Source of the DNA: Utricularia gibba
Lineage: Eukaryota; Plantae; Magnoliophyta
DNA length: 64,000 nucleotides
Assembly (NCBI GenBank): GCA_002189035.1
Contig: NEEC01000016.1
Location: forward strand, 1,922,001-1,986,000
Direction of reading: 5' to 3'
In this document: piece after piece, positions 13,420 to 26,355 of the stretch
Layout of the letters: each line of letters starts with the position of its first letter
Numbering within the stretch: position 1 is the stretch's first letter
Program-made: the position numbers and the translations under genes
The notes under the pieces: model-generated
What the model saw: only the letters and a program-made list of their open reading frames with translations
What the model was told of the DNA's origin: nothing
Databases searched by the model: none

Positions 13420-13490
13420 AATTTGGGCAACTTAATACTTAATTAACATGTAATACTATATAATAAAATAGTATAAAATGACACTTAACA
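13420..13490 (-). mobile_element. Terminal 70-bp remnant of an LTR related to the solo LTRs at 29009 and 53416
   Basis: ATTTGGGCAACTTAATACT...AAAATGACACTTAACA matches the reverse complement of 53416-53485 and the end of the 29009-30362 element. Confidence 0.6.
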
Positions 13491-16400
13491 CATCTACAAC
13501 ATGAGATAGGAACTCTGGTTTAGTATAATTTCTCGGTAGATCAATTTTTCAACAAACTAGCAATCTTAATGCAGGAATATTATGCTTCACGCCCTTCTGG
13601 TCATTGCAAATGTAACAAATGCAACGTTGATTGCTTTACGCCACTATAGGATCATAAGAACAAGGACCTAATCCATAAATTTCTCACTAACCTCAACCTG
13701 GAGTTTCATTCACTTTTTCAATTATGATTGAATCAAAAGCTGCTACCAAGCATTAATAAAGCTTTCCAAGCAGCATATCAAGAGAAGACTCGACTCAAGA
13801 AGCTGGCTCCATCACTTCAAAATATTCCTATTGAAGCATTGACACTCCTAAGCCAAGGGCCCTCTACCTAGTAAGCTCCAAAACATTTTAGGAAATTATG
13901 CACAAATTATCGCAAAACACATCATAATATTGACCAGTGCTGAAAAATAATTGGTGTACCTCAAAAATACAAGAAAACCGACAAGAAGAACAAAGGTGTC
14001 AAGAGACAAACCTTTCATGCTAACAATGTAAAGACTGTCTTGTAGGAATAGCTAGTGGTAAATGAAGTCATCTCACTAATACAAAATCAGCTGCAATCTA
14101 TCCTTCAAAGATAGATGCCAAATCTACAAGTCAAAAAAAGAGAAAGCCCTTGAAAACTACAACTCAGGAGTACCATTTACTACTAGGGAAGCCGGCCTAC
14201 CGTTATCAAATTCCTTCACTGGTCTGAAACACAAAGTACACACAAACATACTTGAAACCTCGCCTATCTAGATCATAGATTCTAGGGCTAGCGAACACGT
14301 GCTATGGCCTTGTACTATTTGAATTCTACACTATATTCAAAGCACAAGTGAGGTTTCCAAACAATAGCACAATTCAACTATCTCACAAAGGCATTGCTCG
14401 CCTCAACAAACACATAGCACTGCACAATGTCCATCACATATCATCTTTCGTCGTTAATCTGATTTCTTTTTTTTAGTTACTATCCACCAGCAACATTTCA
14501 CCATTGTTCACAACTGACAATATCTCCAATAGGACTTGTCGTGCCTGTAGAAGATGATTGGGAGTGCTAATCTGCAAACTGAATTATACATTGTTAATCA
14601 GTAGTCTGTTTTATCTCATATGCATGCCTCACCCTATCCATGTGCTTTTGTTTCCATTTTTTCATCTCATAAACCTGAAAAACATGCATCAACTAATTCG
14701 AATATGTTTGATTTATGGCATCATAGATTTGGACATCCATCTCACTCAATCATTTCACATCTATCCAAGACTAGCTCTACTATTAAAAGCATGTCTACAC
14801 ACATGTACAATGTCTGCCCTTTAACAAAACAAATAAAATCATCTTTTTCTACACATGTTCTAGAAAACCTATTTAAATCGATCCACGTAGATACTTAGCG
14901 ATCTTAAAAAAATATGAGCAAGAGTGGGATACTGCTTCTTCCTGACTATCATTGAAGATGCCACATGACCCACTTGAACCTACCACATGAAAGCTAAATT
15001 TGAAGCACCAGCCATCATCATCTCATTCCTCAACATGATTGAAGCACAATTTTGGAAATGGGTCAAAATCATATGGAGCGATCAATCAATAGAAAACACA
15101 CTAGTGGACTATGCCAACCTGAGGATTCTTCATCAGAATAGTTGTGTTGAAACAGTAGAGCAGAATGGAGTGGTGGAACAATGACATCAGCACCTACTAC
15201 ATGTTGTGCGCACACTGATAACACTGCTTTTATTATGTTTTTATATTTTTTTAGGTGTGTTTTGTTGGGTTAAATGTTGTTTAGTGTACTAAATTATCTT
15301 TTTTTATGTATTTAGTTTTTTAAAATGTGTTTATTGTGAAAACAGACTCAATTGGCAACAATTGAGCCGAAAACTCTCATTTTTACTCTAATATGTGTTT
15401 AAGTCTTAATAAGGTATAAGCTAGTACTGCAACAGCACATTTTCCGCATTGACAAGTTAAAAGAGACAGAAAAATTGTGCAAAAGTCACTTTTCGCCGAA
15501 AGTAGCCGCCCTTCTGAAAAGATAAGATCTGGAGTAGAGATATTCCTTCTAGAAGCTCATGGAAAAGATGGAGCTACCCTTGCTTTTGAGTGAGGAGAAC
15601 TGTGTTTCTTGCAAACGACTCTGGTGACCTTCAGATATACATTTCTACACCACATCTCCGCCCAAAACTTTCATTTTTAGTAGATCTACAACCCAGAGCA
15701 ATCGCTGGACATTTTATTTTCCATTTTCTGCACTTTCGTTTCTATTGACAAACTCACTGTTGTTACTTTCTACGTTTACATGCTTTCTACTATGTTTTTG
15801 TACCTTGTTGTGAACAAGAAACCCTTTGTAGACTTTATTCTAGCTTATGAACATGTCCTTGTTTAAGCCCATTCATGTTTACTTTTTGATTTTAAACATA
15901 TTTACTATTCCCGCAGCACTTTGCCCTATTTTTAACTATTTTAAAGTTGGGTTTAAGCCTAAAGTCTCTTTTGAATAACACCAGACCCTACTATAAAACC
16001 CAGCCAATACACTTTTACTTTATATTTTCTACGCATTCTAGTTATTTTTTGTGCTTCTTCACCATTATAATTTGTTTATTTCAGCTAATGTTATTTTATG
16101 TCTTAAGCACATTAGAGCTAAAACCCCAGAAAACCTCCCTATTTCTAGTAAATGTAAAGGACATCGGGAAATTATAATCATTTCTAGCAGATTTGACCCT
16201 TGTTTACGACACTACATTAATTTCTATGATTTTTGTAGTAGAATAGCTCGGTTTATAAATTTCTTTTGATGCGTTGAATGTGTTTAACCGCAACATTTAG
16301 CAAACTCATTTCAACATTTATCACACACTCCCCTTTCAAGCCAATTTGCCAAAAACCTTCTAGGGTGATGCAATCCTAACAACAACTCGCATCCTCAACT

Positions 16401-18750
16401 GAATTCCTGTGAAATGATTGGGCTTCATCAGCCCATATGAAAAGGCTATTAGAAAGAAGCCCAATTACAGCACACTCTGCGTATTCAGGTGTCTATGTTT
16501 CGCATCCACCCTTCAACAAGGCTAGACAAAGCTAGATCTATGGATGAGCTGATGCATTTTAATTGGATATTCGCAAGGAATCAAGGGCTATAAGCTCTTC
16601 GATCTTGACTCACATGAAACCACAATATCTAGAAACATCATCTTCCACAAATCAACCTTCCCATACTCTACTAACTTCTCCTCTTTTTTGAATGTAGGAC
16701 ACAACATACAATTACTAGACCCTGCAGTTAGCCAATCCAAGAGGTCATCACATGAATTGGATTGGGAATGTCTCATTAGGCCTAGGAGAAGGCAATGAAG
16801 ATAACTCCAACTAAACACCAATCGAACGACACTCATATCCTCCAATGGAAGAAAGCCCCAAACCCTAATGAATGAGGCATCTTCCTGCATATTTAAATGT
16901 CTATTCCCACTCTATATATGACCCTCAGGCACTCTATGATACCAGATATCCGATTTAGAAATACTTCTTTGCATATCACCTCAAAGCCTCATACTTCAAC
17001 TATTATAAGAATATGTGTCTCCTATCTAAACCTCAATGCTATGTCGAAGCTGCCCAACTTCCAGAATAGGTAGTACCAATGTAGAAGGAACTAACTAGAA
17101 TAGAGCAAAATGGTACCTGGGAAATCATTGAAGTTTCTATTGACACTCATGTTATCAGATGTCGATGAAGATACAAAAACAAACTCCAAACAAATGGAAC
17201 TCTTGAATGAAAGAAAGCCCATTTGGTTGCCAAGGACTTGAGCCAAATTCACGGATTCGATTACGATGAGACATGCAATCCAGTTGTGAAGCATACCATT
17301 GTGAGGACCTTCTTTGTATCTGCAGTAGCCAACTCATGGAACTTGAGACAACTTGACATTGATAATGCATTCTTAAATGGGGATCTTGATGAATGCATTT
17401 GTATGGAAATACCTTCAGGATATCATCACATTCAACAAGCTAGTAAGGGTGGGAAACTGGTCTGTAAATTGTGGAAATCCATCTACGATCTCAAACAATT
17501 GCCAAGGCAATGGAATTCTAAGTTCACACACACTCTGCTAAGCTTTGGATGTGAGCAAAGTAAGATAGACTCCTCCTTATTCACCAACAAACTGCCAACT
17601 AGGAAATTCATCGCATTACTAGTGTTGATGGCATAATCAGCAGCACCTCGACAGATCTCATGGAATCTCTTATCAACTTCTTGACCAGTAAATTCAAGTT
17701 AAAGGGCTTGGGCTATCCTTGGTATTTTCTTAAGAGTTGAAATCGTCAAGCCTCAACATGGAATCTATTTATGTCAAAGAAAATATTCTCTTGATCTAAT
17801 AACTAAGTATGGCATGTTTGGATCAAAATGTGTCATTACACCACTTGACAAGACTCAATAGATATATCTTCAGGACTCTTCAAAACTAAAGGTCCCGACA
17901 CCATATGAATAGTTGGTGGGAAAACTGATCTATCTAACACTTACGAGAACCAATATCTCATACACCGTACAACTATTATCCCAATACATGAGCTCATCAA
18001 CCTAGCTCCAACTTGCTGCTGCACTTCAAGCCCTCAAATACCTAAAAGGGGGACTAGAAATGGTATTATGTACAAAACTTCTTCATACCTCCAGCTCATG
18101 ACCTTCAACAATAGTGACTTGAAGAAATGCGTGGATACAAGATGATTAGTCACCGGTATATGTATATTTTCAGCTGAAAGTCAAAACGACAAAAACTTGT
18201 GGCTCATAGCTCCATCGAAGCCAAATATACAGCCATGTCATCGATAGCCTGTGAAATCTTGTGGCTCCCGTGGCTACTAAAATCTCTCAAAGTGGAGCGC
18301 AAGGTAAAGGTTCCCTTGTGTTGCGACAACAAGCCAGCAATACAAATAGCAAAGAATCCAATCCTACATGAAAAAACAAAGCACTTCCAATTGGATTGAC
18401 ATTTTGTCAAAGAGAATGTCTTCTAGTCTATTTCACCTCATTCATGTTGGAACCAACAATCAAATAGCTGACATCTTCATCAAAGAATTCTGAGGCAACC
18501 AACACACTTATCTTCTGGGCAAGATGAACATGATCAACATATAGGCTCATCTTGAGGGAGATGTTAACCAATGTCAATCAATGATCATAGATGTCATAAC
18601 ATTATTTAATGTATGTTACCATTACTTCTTGTGTAAATATATGATCACATACCTTGTATTAGAGATTATTCAGTTTTGATTTAATGCTAATGACCTTTGG
18701 CCTTGTATGACTGCTCCACTTCTTCTTCTTGAATCAGCGTCTAACTCACA
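13491..18750 (+). mobile_element. Degenerate Ty1/Copia element (Ale/Retrofit-like): gag, PR, INT, RT, RH, PPT and probable 3' LTR from 18562; interrupted by a solo LTR
   Basis: Motifs GHCKCNKC, a decayed Zn knuckle at about 13910, IIDS.ASEH (PR), DLWHHRFGHPS, EQNGVVE..HQHLLHV, LVAKD..QIHGFDYDET, LRQLDIDNAFLNGDL, SIEAKY..MS, HEKTKHFQLD. PPT GAGGGAGA is followed by TGTTAAC at 18562. LTR end is a guess. Confidence 0.87.
15216..16323 (+). mobile_element. Solo LTR (1108 bp, Athila-like termini) inserted in the Copia integrase
   Basis: TGATAAC...TTTATCA with a perfect 5-bp TSD CACAC (15211-15, 16324-28). Removing it rejoins the integrase reading (HVVR-TLPFQANLPKTF). Confidence 0.88.
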
Positions 18751-19473
18751 CGTAATCAAATCATGAGAGAAACAATCGTCTATTTGTTGGGCCCCGAAGG
18801 CACGTGTTACATGTATTGGCGGCGGCATTCGTTGGTTCATGAGCCGGCGTGGCCCACCATGGCCACCCGTCAGGCGTCGACAGCGTTGCACGCAAAGGCC
18901 CGTAAGTTTTCGCACGGCCCACGAAGAGCACTACATGGAATGGAAGGGTCCAACAAGATGACAAAGCCATGTTACAACTGTTGAAGAAAACGATGGATGA
19001 AGGAAGAAATAAAGAGGGGAGTTATACAGCAAGATTGCCGTTTCTCATCAAAGATGAGTAAGCTACTAACATAAAAGTGTTACATGTATTTGTTTTTTGA
19101 GGAAGTCAACGTGTGCTCCCAGTTCCTATTATTTATTTATTCTAGAATTAGGCCATCAGCTTTTTCCTGTTTTCTTCCTCACATACCAATCACCATTCGT
19201 TCTAACAAGAGTTGGTTAAAAGTGTCGTGTGCAATGAATCGACACTGGAAGGAAAGTACAGCATTCAGCATACATGGAGTGGAGTGAGATTACTACAATA
19301 AATTTACGTAAAACCCCAAAAAGGAAAACGTCTACAGCAGAAGAAGATCCGTGGTCTGTCTGAGCGATCCATGGGGTGTCTGAGTGCTGAGAATCAGTCC
19401 CCTTGCTCTTCTCATCATCCTACACGGACGAGGTTTCGCATGGTCATCTCCTCTCATCTCATCTCAGGGCTAT

Positions 19474-21098
19474 CTATGACTTATCGTCATCAGAAGGCTC
19501 GCATGGCCCGGGTATGGAACCGGAATCAACGAAGAACTCCTCCACTGAAGCAGACGAAAACCATTAGAACTGGTGGAAGCAAGGAGGAGCCACAGAATGG
19601 GGGAGATCCAGGCCGTACCTATACCATCTTGATCAGGAGAATCCAGGAGAATATCGGAATCAGATGGCAAAAAAGGCGAACCAGGGTAGCTCCCAAGTGC
19701 TCCTAAGTCTGCATGGATTTAAAAGGTGAGCTTGAACTTAGGCAATGTGAGCGAGCATAGCTATTATGGTGTCGATATTACCCCCCAAGTTGGACAAGTC
19801 GGCAGATAAGTCTGAAAGGCTAAAATTCCATGGAATCTGAGCCAAGGATCTGAGAGAATCTTGAGAGTTTCCAACTCCATTATCAGAAGTGAAGGCGGAG
19901 TCAAGCACGGAAGTATCAACTCCTATGCCTGATATCTCAGACGTGCTGAATGGAAAATGGCCACTTGATGCTACGGATGCTGGGCTAACCGGCATATCCG
20001 ACATGGACGACATAGCATGATTCGGTGGCATCACCGGAGACACTTCCGCTGTGGAAGCATCCATCATCACACTGAAAATGCAGACTCATCAGAACAAGGA
20101 TGATGCTACTGCCTTCATATCATGGATGGAAGAGTTTGTGATGCTCACTCGTTTCCGGAACTCATGCGCATCGGATGGAAATTTCCAGGGGCGGGGACAC
20201 CGTTGACAATGTGGCATCCAGGAGCAGCGTAAGAGGCCATAGGATTAATATGCGGTTGCCCGGGCGCCGGAATGGCATGATGCTGCATAATGGGGTATCC
20301 CAGAGGCAAATTGTTGGCTGCGCTGCATAGAAGCAACGAATGATCGAATAACATAGAAAGATAAAAAGAAAACGCAAGAAACTTGTTTTCCCAGACTAGA
20401 TAATGGGCTTTACGAGGCACAGGATGCATCCCATTCTGCATTGGAGCTAAAGGAACTTTTGGAGGAGGCACTGTATACTTCATAAGGTGATGCTGATGCT
20501 CCAGGAGGTGGTTAAATAAGATGATCTGCTTCTTCAGCTTAAGCCTTATATAGTATGCTCTGAAAAAATCAGAGTTCTCTTCTTCTAGCTTCTGCCACAC
20601 TGAAACAACGAATGGGGGCACAGTGAATGCAAGAGAACAGCAGTCACAGATGCTAAGGTTGTCATCAATTTTCGAATGTCGTTACCTAAGGTTGTGAAAC
20701 CAGGATCGATTCTAGCACGATTCAGGAGAGTCTTTACAACCTCTTCTCTACTCATATATAACTGCAGGCATCGTTCGATCAAGTTTTGAACCTACATCAC
20801 ATAACGTGGTTCCTCATGTGTTTGGAGGTCATGGAAAACATCATCAAGATCTCGATCTTACAAGTTCGATGTCCTCTCGCGATACTTTTCTATTATCGGT
20901 GCTAGACACTGAGACTGAGCCAGTATCTGATACGGGGTTCTCTTTTTTTCGATCAGTTTTGGAATCATCGGTGACAAGGTTAGGCTTTATATCCTGTGAA
21001 TCCTGTTGAAAATATGCTACCATTAGAAGGAACTTGAAAGTTGTGTCTAGTAAAATGAAAGGCATAAATGTGCACAATCCAACCTGCAAGTTCTTCAT
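19474..21098 (-). CDS. Plant-specific TIGR01589 (A_thal_3526) domain protein, multi-exon
   Basis: Spliced reading MKNLQ / ..RKVSREDIEL / VQNLIERCLQLYMSREEVVKTLLNRARIDPGFTTL / VWQKLEEENSDFFRAYYIRLKLKKQI ... QIPWNFSLSDLSADLSNLG / DLGALGSYPGSPFLPSDSDILLDSP / EEFFVD...DDKS*. Stop at 19474-76. Confidence 0.9.
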
Positions 21099-23996
21099 CT
21101 CAGCTAACAGAATCCAGAAAGATGATTCCCATACAGTTGCTTACATAAAACAATCAGAAGGCTTTGATCTTGCATCCCCCCACCTTCTGCAACCAGCAGC
21201 AAAATGTCATCAAACTCCAATAAAAATTCTACACCATTTTGATCTGAAACTACTCAAGTTGAAGGATGCTTGATGAAAGAAGAAGTAGAAGTTAGATGCA
21301 TGGTTTTGCGATCAACTAAATTATTGCCGACAGGACCACCGTAATCAATAATTAAAACAAACACTCTCTATCTCATCATTGAAAGAGCGCACTTTTATCA
21401 TCTTTAATCCATCACAAAATACACGTTCCAGCAGGTCTTCAACGCATCTGCAATAACTGTTCGCCTTCACGCCAAATAGACGGCACTAAAACTTGGAAAC
21501 GGCAACCCCAACAACAGATCTCGAAAATTAAAAAGATTACCAACACCACATAAAGGAGTCTATTCAATCCGGATTAGAAGGGAAGCTTCAAAGATGAACG
21601 CGATACCGAGAAATCACAACGACCCGGATAGCAGATTTAAGCTTCCTGTTGCAGGAATCTGCAGCAAACCATGAAAAAATGAATGGAGAGAGAGAGAAAA
21701 AAGCTGAAGTCTTGAGAACCCTTATTGGTCAGAGTTGCGACCAGAGCATTGAGAAGAAGCATGAAGTTAGGGCTGGTGAAAACCAAGAAAGAATTCCCAT
21801 CTGGGATGAAGGAGAAATGGTAATGAATTTGGGAGGTAGAGAGAGAAGGAGATTTATTACCCTTCAGTTGCTGGTGGTGTAAACACTGACAGGAGCGGGG
21901 TCGCAAGATGAGCTGGTCAGTATAAGTATACGTAGTAGTACTTTGTAGCAAAGAATAGCAAAGGATAGGCAGAGAAACCAGAGAAGATACCAGATCGCCA
22001 GGAAGAAAACAAAAGAGAGAAACTTTAATTGTCCAGGCGCTGGGTTGAGAACCCATCTTCTTACAGAGATAGATGCAACAGTAGAGATGGGAAGAAGTCA
22101 CTCACCTCATACCCATACAGAGACGGCAACAGTAAAAGATGAAAAAAAAGGTATCCCAACTTTTTGTGCATATTTACATGTAAAAGGCGAGCTTAAAGAA
22201 ACTGAAGATGGCCACTGGATATTTTCGAAAGTCCCAGTTTTTTTATTCAAAATCTGGAGGGGTGAGTCGGAGTCAGAGGTGGGGTCCGACGCCGTAGATC
22301 TCGTGGACACCGAGATGGACCACCGCAAAAACCACGAATCATCATCATCTTTCGTAAATCTGGTTTGTTTCGCCAACTACCACTCGCTCATAATTCATCC
22401 ATTTTCCAATCTCCGCGATAAGCCCTGCTTCCCTCTCTCGGACGGGACGGTGTTGAACTCGTCGTACCAGTTGGGTTGAGGAACACAACACACGCACATG
22501 CGGCGCACAGCAAAGCCACCCTCATTCCAAAATCCACTTTTGATATGAAAATCATGTAGCATTCAGGAAAACGCGAACGCCAGCCCATGTGACTCTTCCA
22601 GCCTTGCGCAGGAACCCTCAATCAACATCAAGTGTACCAAGCAAAAGTCGCTGCTAAAAAGCAAGAAAGAAGCTCCTCATGTCGAGTGACGCTGCTTCAG
22701 AGCTCACTCCCAGTCCCCGTGATGATGAGAAAGATTTATTTTAAAATGAGAAAATTGCAACAAAAAAAACATCTTAAGTTTGATTATTATAAAGAGTTTA
22801 ATATTTAAGTTTCAAAATTAGAAAAAAAAATAAATCAATTTGTCAAAATCGTACCATAAAAACTCAAATAATTTTCAATTTTTTTTAAAAAAGAATCGAT
22901 TTTAATTTCAAACCCAAAAAGATTTTGATATAAATTTTGCTTCTATAGTTTAAAGAATCAAATGATATCTTTGTTAGCCTTATATCATGTTCTCATTTCA
23001 TATAATTCAAAATGATGATGATTATATTATATTGGTATTCTCGTATGATGCACCATTATAACAACATTAGAGTCAAATCTGTTTAATTTTGGTAATATTA
23101 TGAGTTAAATATATAATTTTATAAGTTTGAAAATAAAATATTTAAAAATAAATAAATGAAAAGATTTATAATATAATTTTAAAATTTAAGAATTAGGAGT
23201 ACACCCCCAAACTCCATTCTAAAAAAAATTGTCTTAATATAATGTTAAATAAATATAAAATTGTCATATTCAAATCTCAACTTTCTCCCTTACATTCCTT
23301 TTTTTCAAATTCTAAATGTATGAAATCTCAAATTTTTATTTCATATTTTTTAAATCCTTGAAACAAACAACTGAATATGATTTCCCTAATATTCGTATTC
23401 CACCAAATCCTACCTAGCAAACATATCATTAGGGCTTATTTTGTATCGGTTTATGTTAAATAAAGTGCTTAATCATAGATTTATTAATATGCTTTCTAAT
23501 TAGATATATTTTTAATATTATTATTTAAATGACAAGTCATGATGAAACATCGTCCTTAAATTGAACTTAACTCATCATATAATACCAAAATACAATATTA
23601 TCAATTTTTATTGCAAAAAGATGTTTGGTTAAAGTACTATTTTATTTTATTTTGTTAATAAATTTGTTGTGTATCTTAAACATTTTATACTTCTTATTTA
23701 AATGTATAATGAAACAAAACTATCCTTTTGTTTGTATTTTGAATTATATTACTTTTATCTAAATTTTATTCATAAATAATATTCAATAAAAATATTTTAA
23801 GTTTTTTTTACCAAAAAATATGATAATTTATCTTTTCTTAAATAACATACCATATGAAGACACAACACATTAAAACTATCAATATTTTAAGCATGTTATA
23901 TTGAAACGAATCTTGGAGAATATCAAATAAAATTTTCCAATGATCAGTGACAATACATTAGGGTTGCAAAACCCTCTTGGAATAATATATTACATA

Positions 23997-24013
23997 TTAT
24001 ATATATATATATA
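23997..24013. repeat. (TA)n microsatellite in AT-rich intergenic DNA
   Basis: Direct read: about 8 TA units. Confidence 0.8.
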
Positions 24014-26355
24014 TTAGCAATTGCATATAAATAAATAAAATATAATTTTAAGACAAACATTTTACAATTGATTTTTATAAAATTAAAATTTGATAAAATT
24101 TAATTAATATATATTTGAAAATATTTTTTTGAATAATTAGCTTCGAATGAATTTATGTTTTAAATTTAAAAAATAAGAATTGATTTTAATAAATAAATAA
24201 ATAACATATTTAGTCATATTCATTAATAATCATATTTTATAAATTATAATTAGCATAAATTATATGCTAGTTATTTATTTTATTTAAATAGATTTGTTTC
24301 AAATTATAATTTAAAATTTAAATTAATTCAATAATTTATAATATTATGAATTGTATTATGTTTTGATGTTATCTAAATCGGATTAGATTAATCGGTTATT
24401 GAAAAGTAGTTAAAAGGTGTTCTGACAACCTGGAGTCGGCCAATAGACCGATAAGTGTCAAAATTGACAACAACGGCCGTTTTGCATAGTGTGAAAAATA
24501 GCTAAATTATGACAATGACAGAGTAGTTGACGGTTATCTAAAAGTAGGAACATAGTATGTACACCAGACGTAGAAAGTAGCTGACATCTATAGAGTTTAG
24601 AATTCGGTTAAATACATCTCACTTCAAGAAACACTACAATGGAAGGAGTTTGACTCCAAGCCCTCCAATTTGTATTTTCTCTCCACCTTCATTTAGTAAA
24701 GATATTTTTCGGCGAGCTCCAACAGCTTTGTGGTTTTCTGTTTTCCAACGGTTTCCATATTAAAATTCCAATCTTCTTTCATTTTCAGTTAACAGAATCA
24801 CCCTACACAAAATACCAAAGCCTTGATCGAATACGGCACGGTCGTCCACATCCATAACTCAAAAATCGGCTTTTACTCTAACACTGATTTTCGCCCTCAA
24901 TATGTTTAAAAAATGGATATAGTGTAAATTTAATTTGTATAGCTTAATTTTTAGATACAACCTCGCATTCTATGATTATGATAAAATTGAAGTATTTAAA
25001 AAAATTATTCACCGTAAAAAAATTGTTATGAGTTAGAACAATAGAATCAATTTTACATGAATAATTAATCTATGTTTGTTAAAATTATTTCAGAAGTAAT
25101 TTAATTGAAAATTTTGATGAAATAAGAATTGATGTATATTTGAAATTGTTTTTTTTAAATAACTATTATGAGATTGATTAATGTTTGGAGTACAAAAGGT
25201 AAGAAGTGATTTTTATAAATAATAATATATTTATCATTGTGTTGTCATTGAAGATGAAAAAAATATTATTGTGTTGTGAATTGAAAATATATAGAACCCT
25301 AAATCATATAAATATAATGAAATTTTGATTAAAAAAAGTAAGTTAATATTTTTTATTTATAATTTGTCATTAATAAAATCAGTGTAATAATAAATTCATT
25401 TTTTTAAAATTAAATTTTATAAAACAATTGTATATGAGAATGCACTCACCCATGTGTTTAATAGAATTAAATTGATTTTTAAAAATTAATTTTGGTAAAA
25501 TAAAATCAGGTAAATATTTGGAAGATAGAATAAATTTTAATAGAATGTAATTGATTTCCAAATGTTATAAATAATTATACAAGAATTGAATTGGTTTCAG
25601 GTAAGCACAAAAAAAACAAAGAATAAAATTAGGAATAAAATAGTGTGAAAAAGCAGTGGGATTCGCGAGGTGGGGAAGCGTGGCAGCCTTGCGGTGGTTA
25701 TACGTGGCTCGCTGCCTGCCGCTGCTGCGGGTTCCATTTCTATCCAACCCGCCCGCCCGCCCGCCCGCCCATAGTATTGTTCATTCCAGGAATCCATCCA
25801 TCCCCGCCCTTGGGTGGGTCCCCAATTTCGAAAGTAATTAAACCAGCGCCTCTGCCTGCCATGAATTCAATAAATTAAAAAAAGAAAAAAAATGAAAAAG
25901 GGGGTGGAATGTGTGTGTGTGTCCTTGAAAACAAACAATATAGCAATGCTATATCAAGAACCTCCCTTGGTTTCACGAAATTCCTTGAAAAGGAAAACGA
26001 GTAATGAGGAGGGAGGGAATACCGTTTGCCTCCCTTTTCGATGATGTGGGTTGAAGTTGGTGCGTGGGATCAAGGCCCAAGGCCAAGGCCCAAATGTACT
26101 GCCGTCCGGCATCCGTCTCGTTTTCCAGATTATCTCCCGTTCTGGGCCCGGGGTGTTACGCCCTACACTACACTGCGGTTGCAGGCGTCGAAGGGAAGGG
26201 AAGGGAAGGGAAGGTGATTGTGGGTTCAGGACGGGCGCCGACGGACACGCGCCGACCACCAGACATGCATGGGGAACGACAGAAATGGCTTCATCAACTG
26301 ACAAGTTTTTGAATTCATGACCCAACCCTCCCTATAAAGACAAAAACAGGGTGTT

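Noticed and set aside
21637-22621. Several 77-154-aa ORFs on both strands upstream of the TIGR01589 gene
   Set aside because: Low-complexity UTR/intron composition, mostly non-ATG starts, no recognisable domain.
22745-25560. AT-rich tract with hints of MULE/Tourist MITE ends
   Set aside because: No TIR pair with a TSD could be verified by eye; low complexity produces chance inverted matches.
26041-26052. Possible snRNA upstream sequence element (AACCCACATCA on minus)
   Set aside because: Two mismatches to RTCCCACATCG, no TATA at the expected spacing, and no snRNA sequence downstream.
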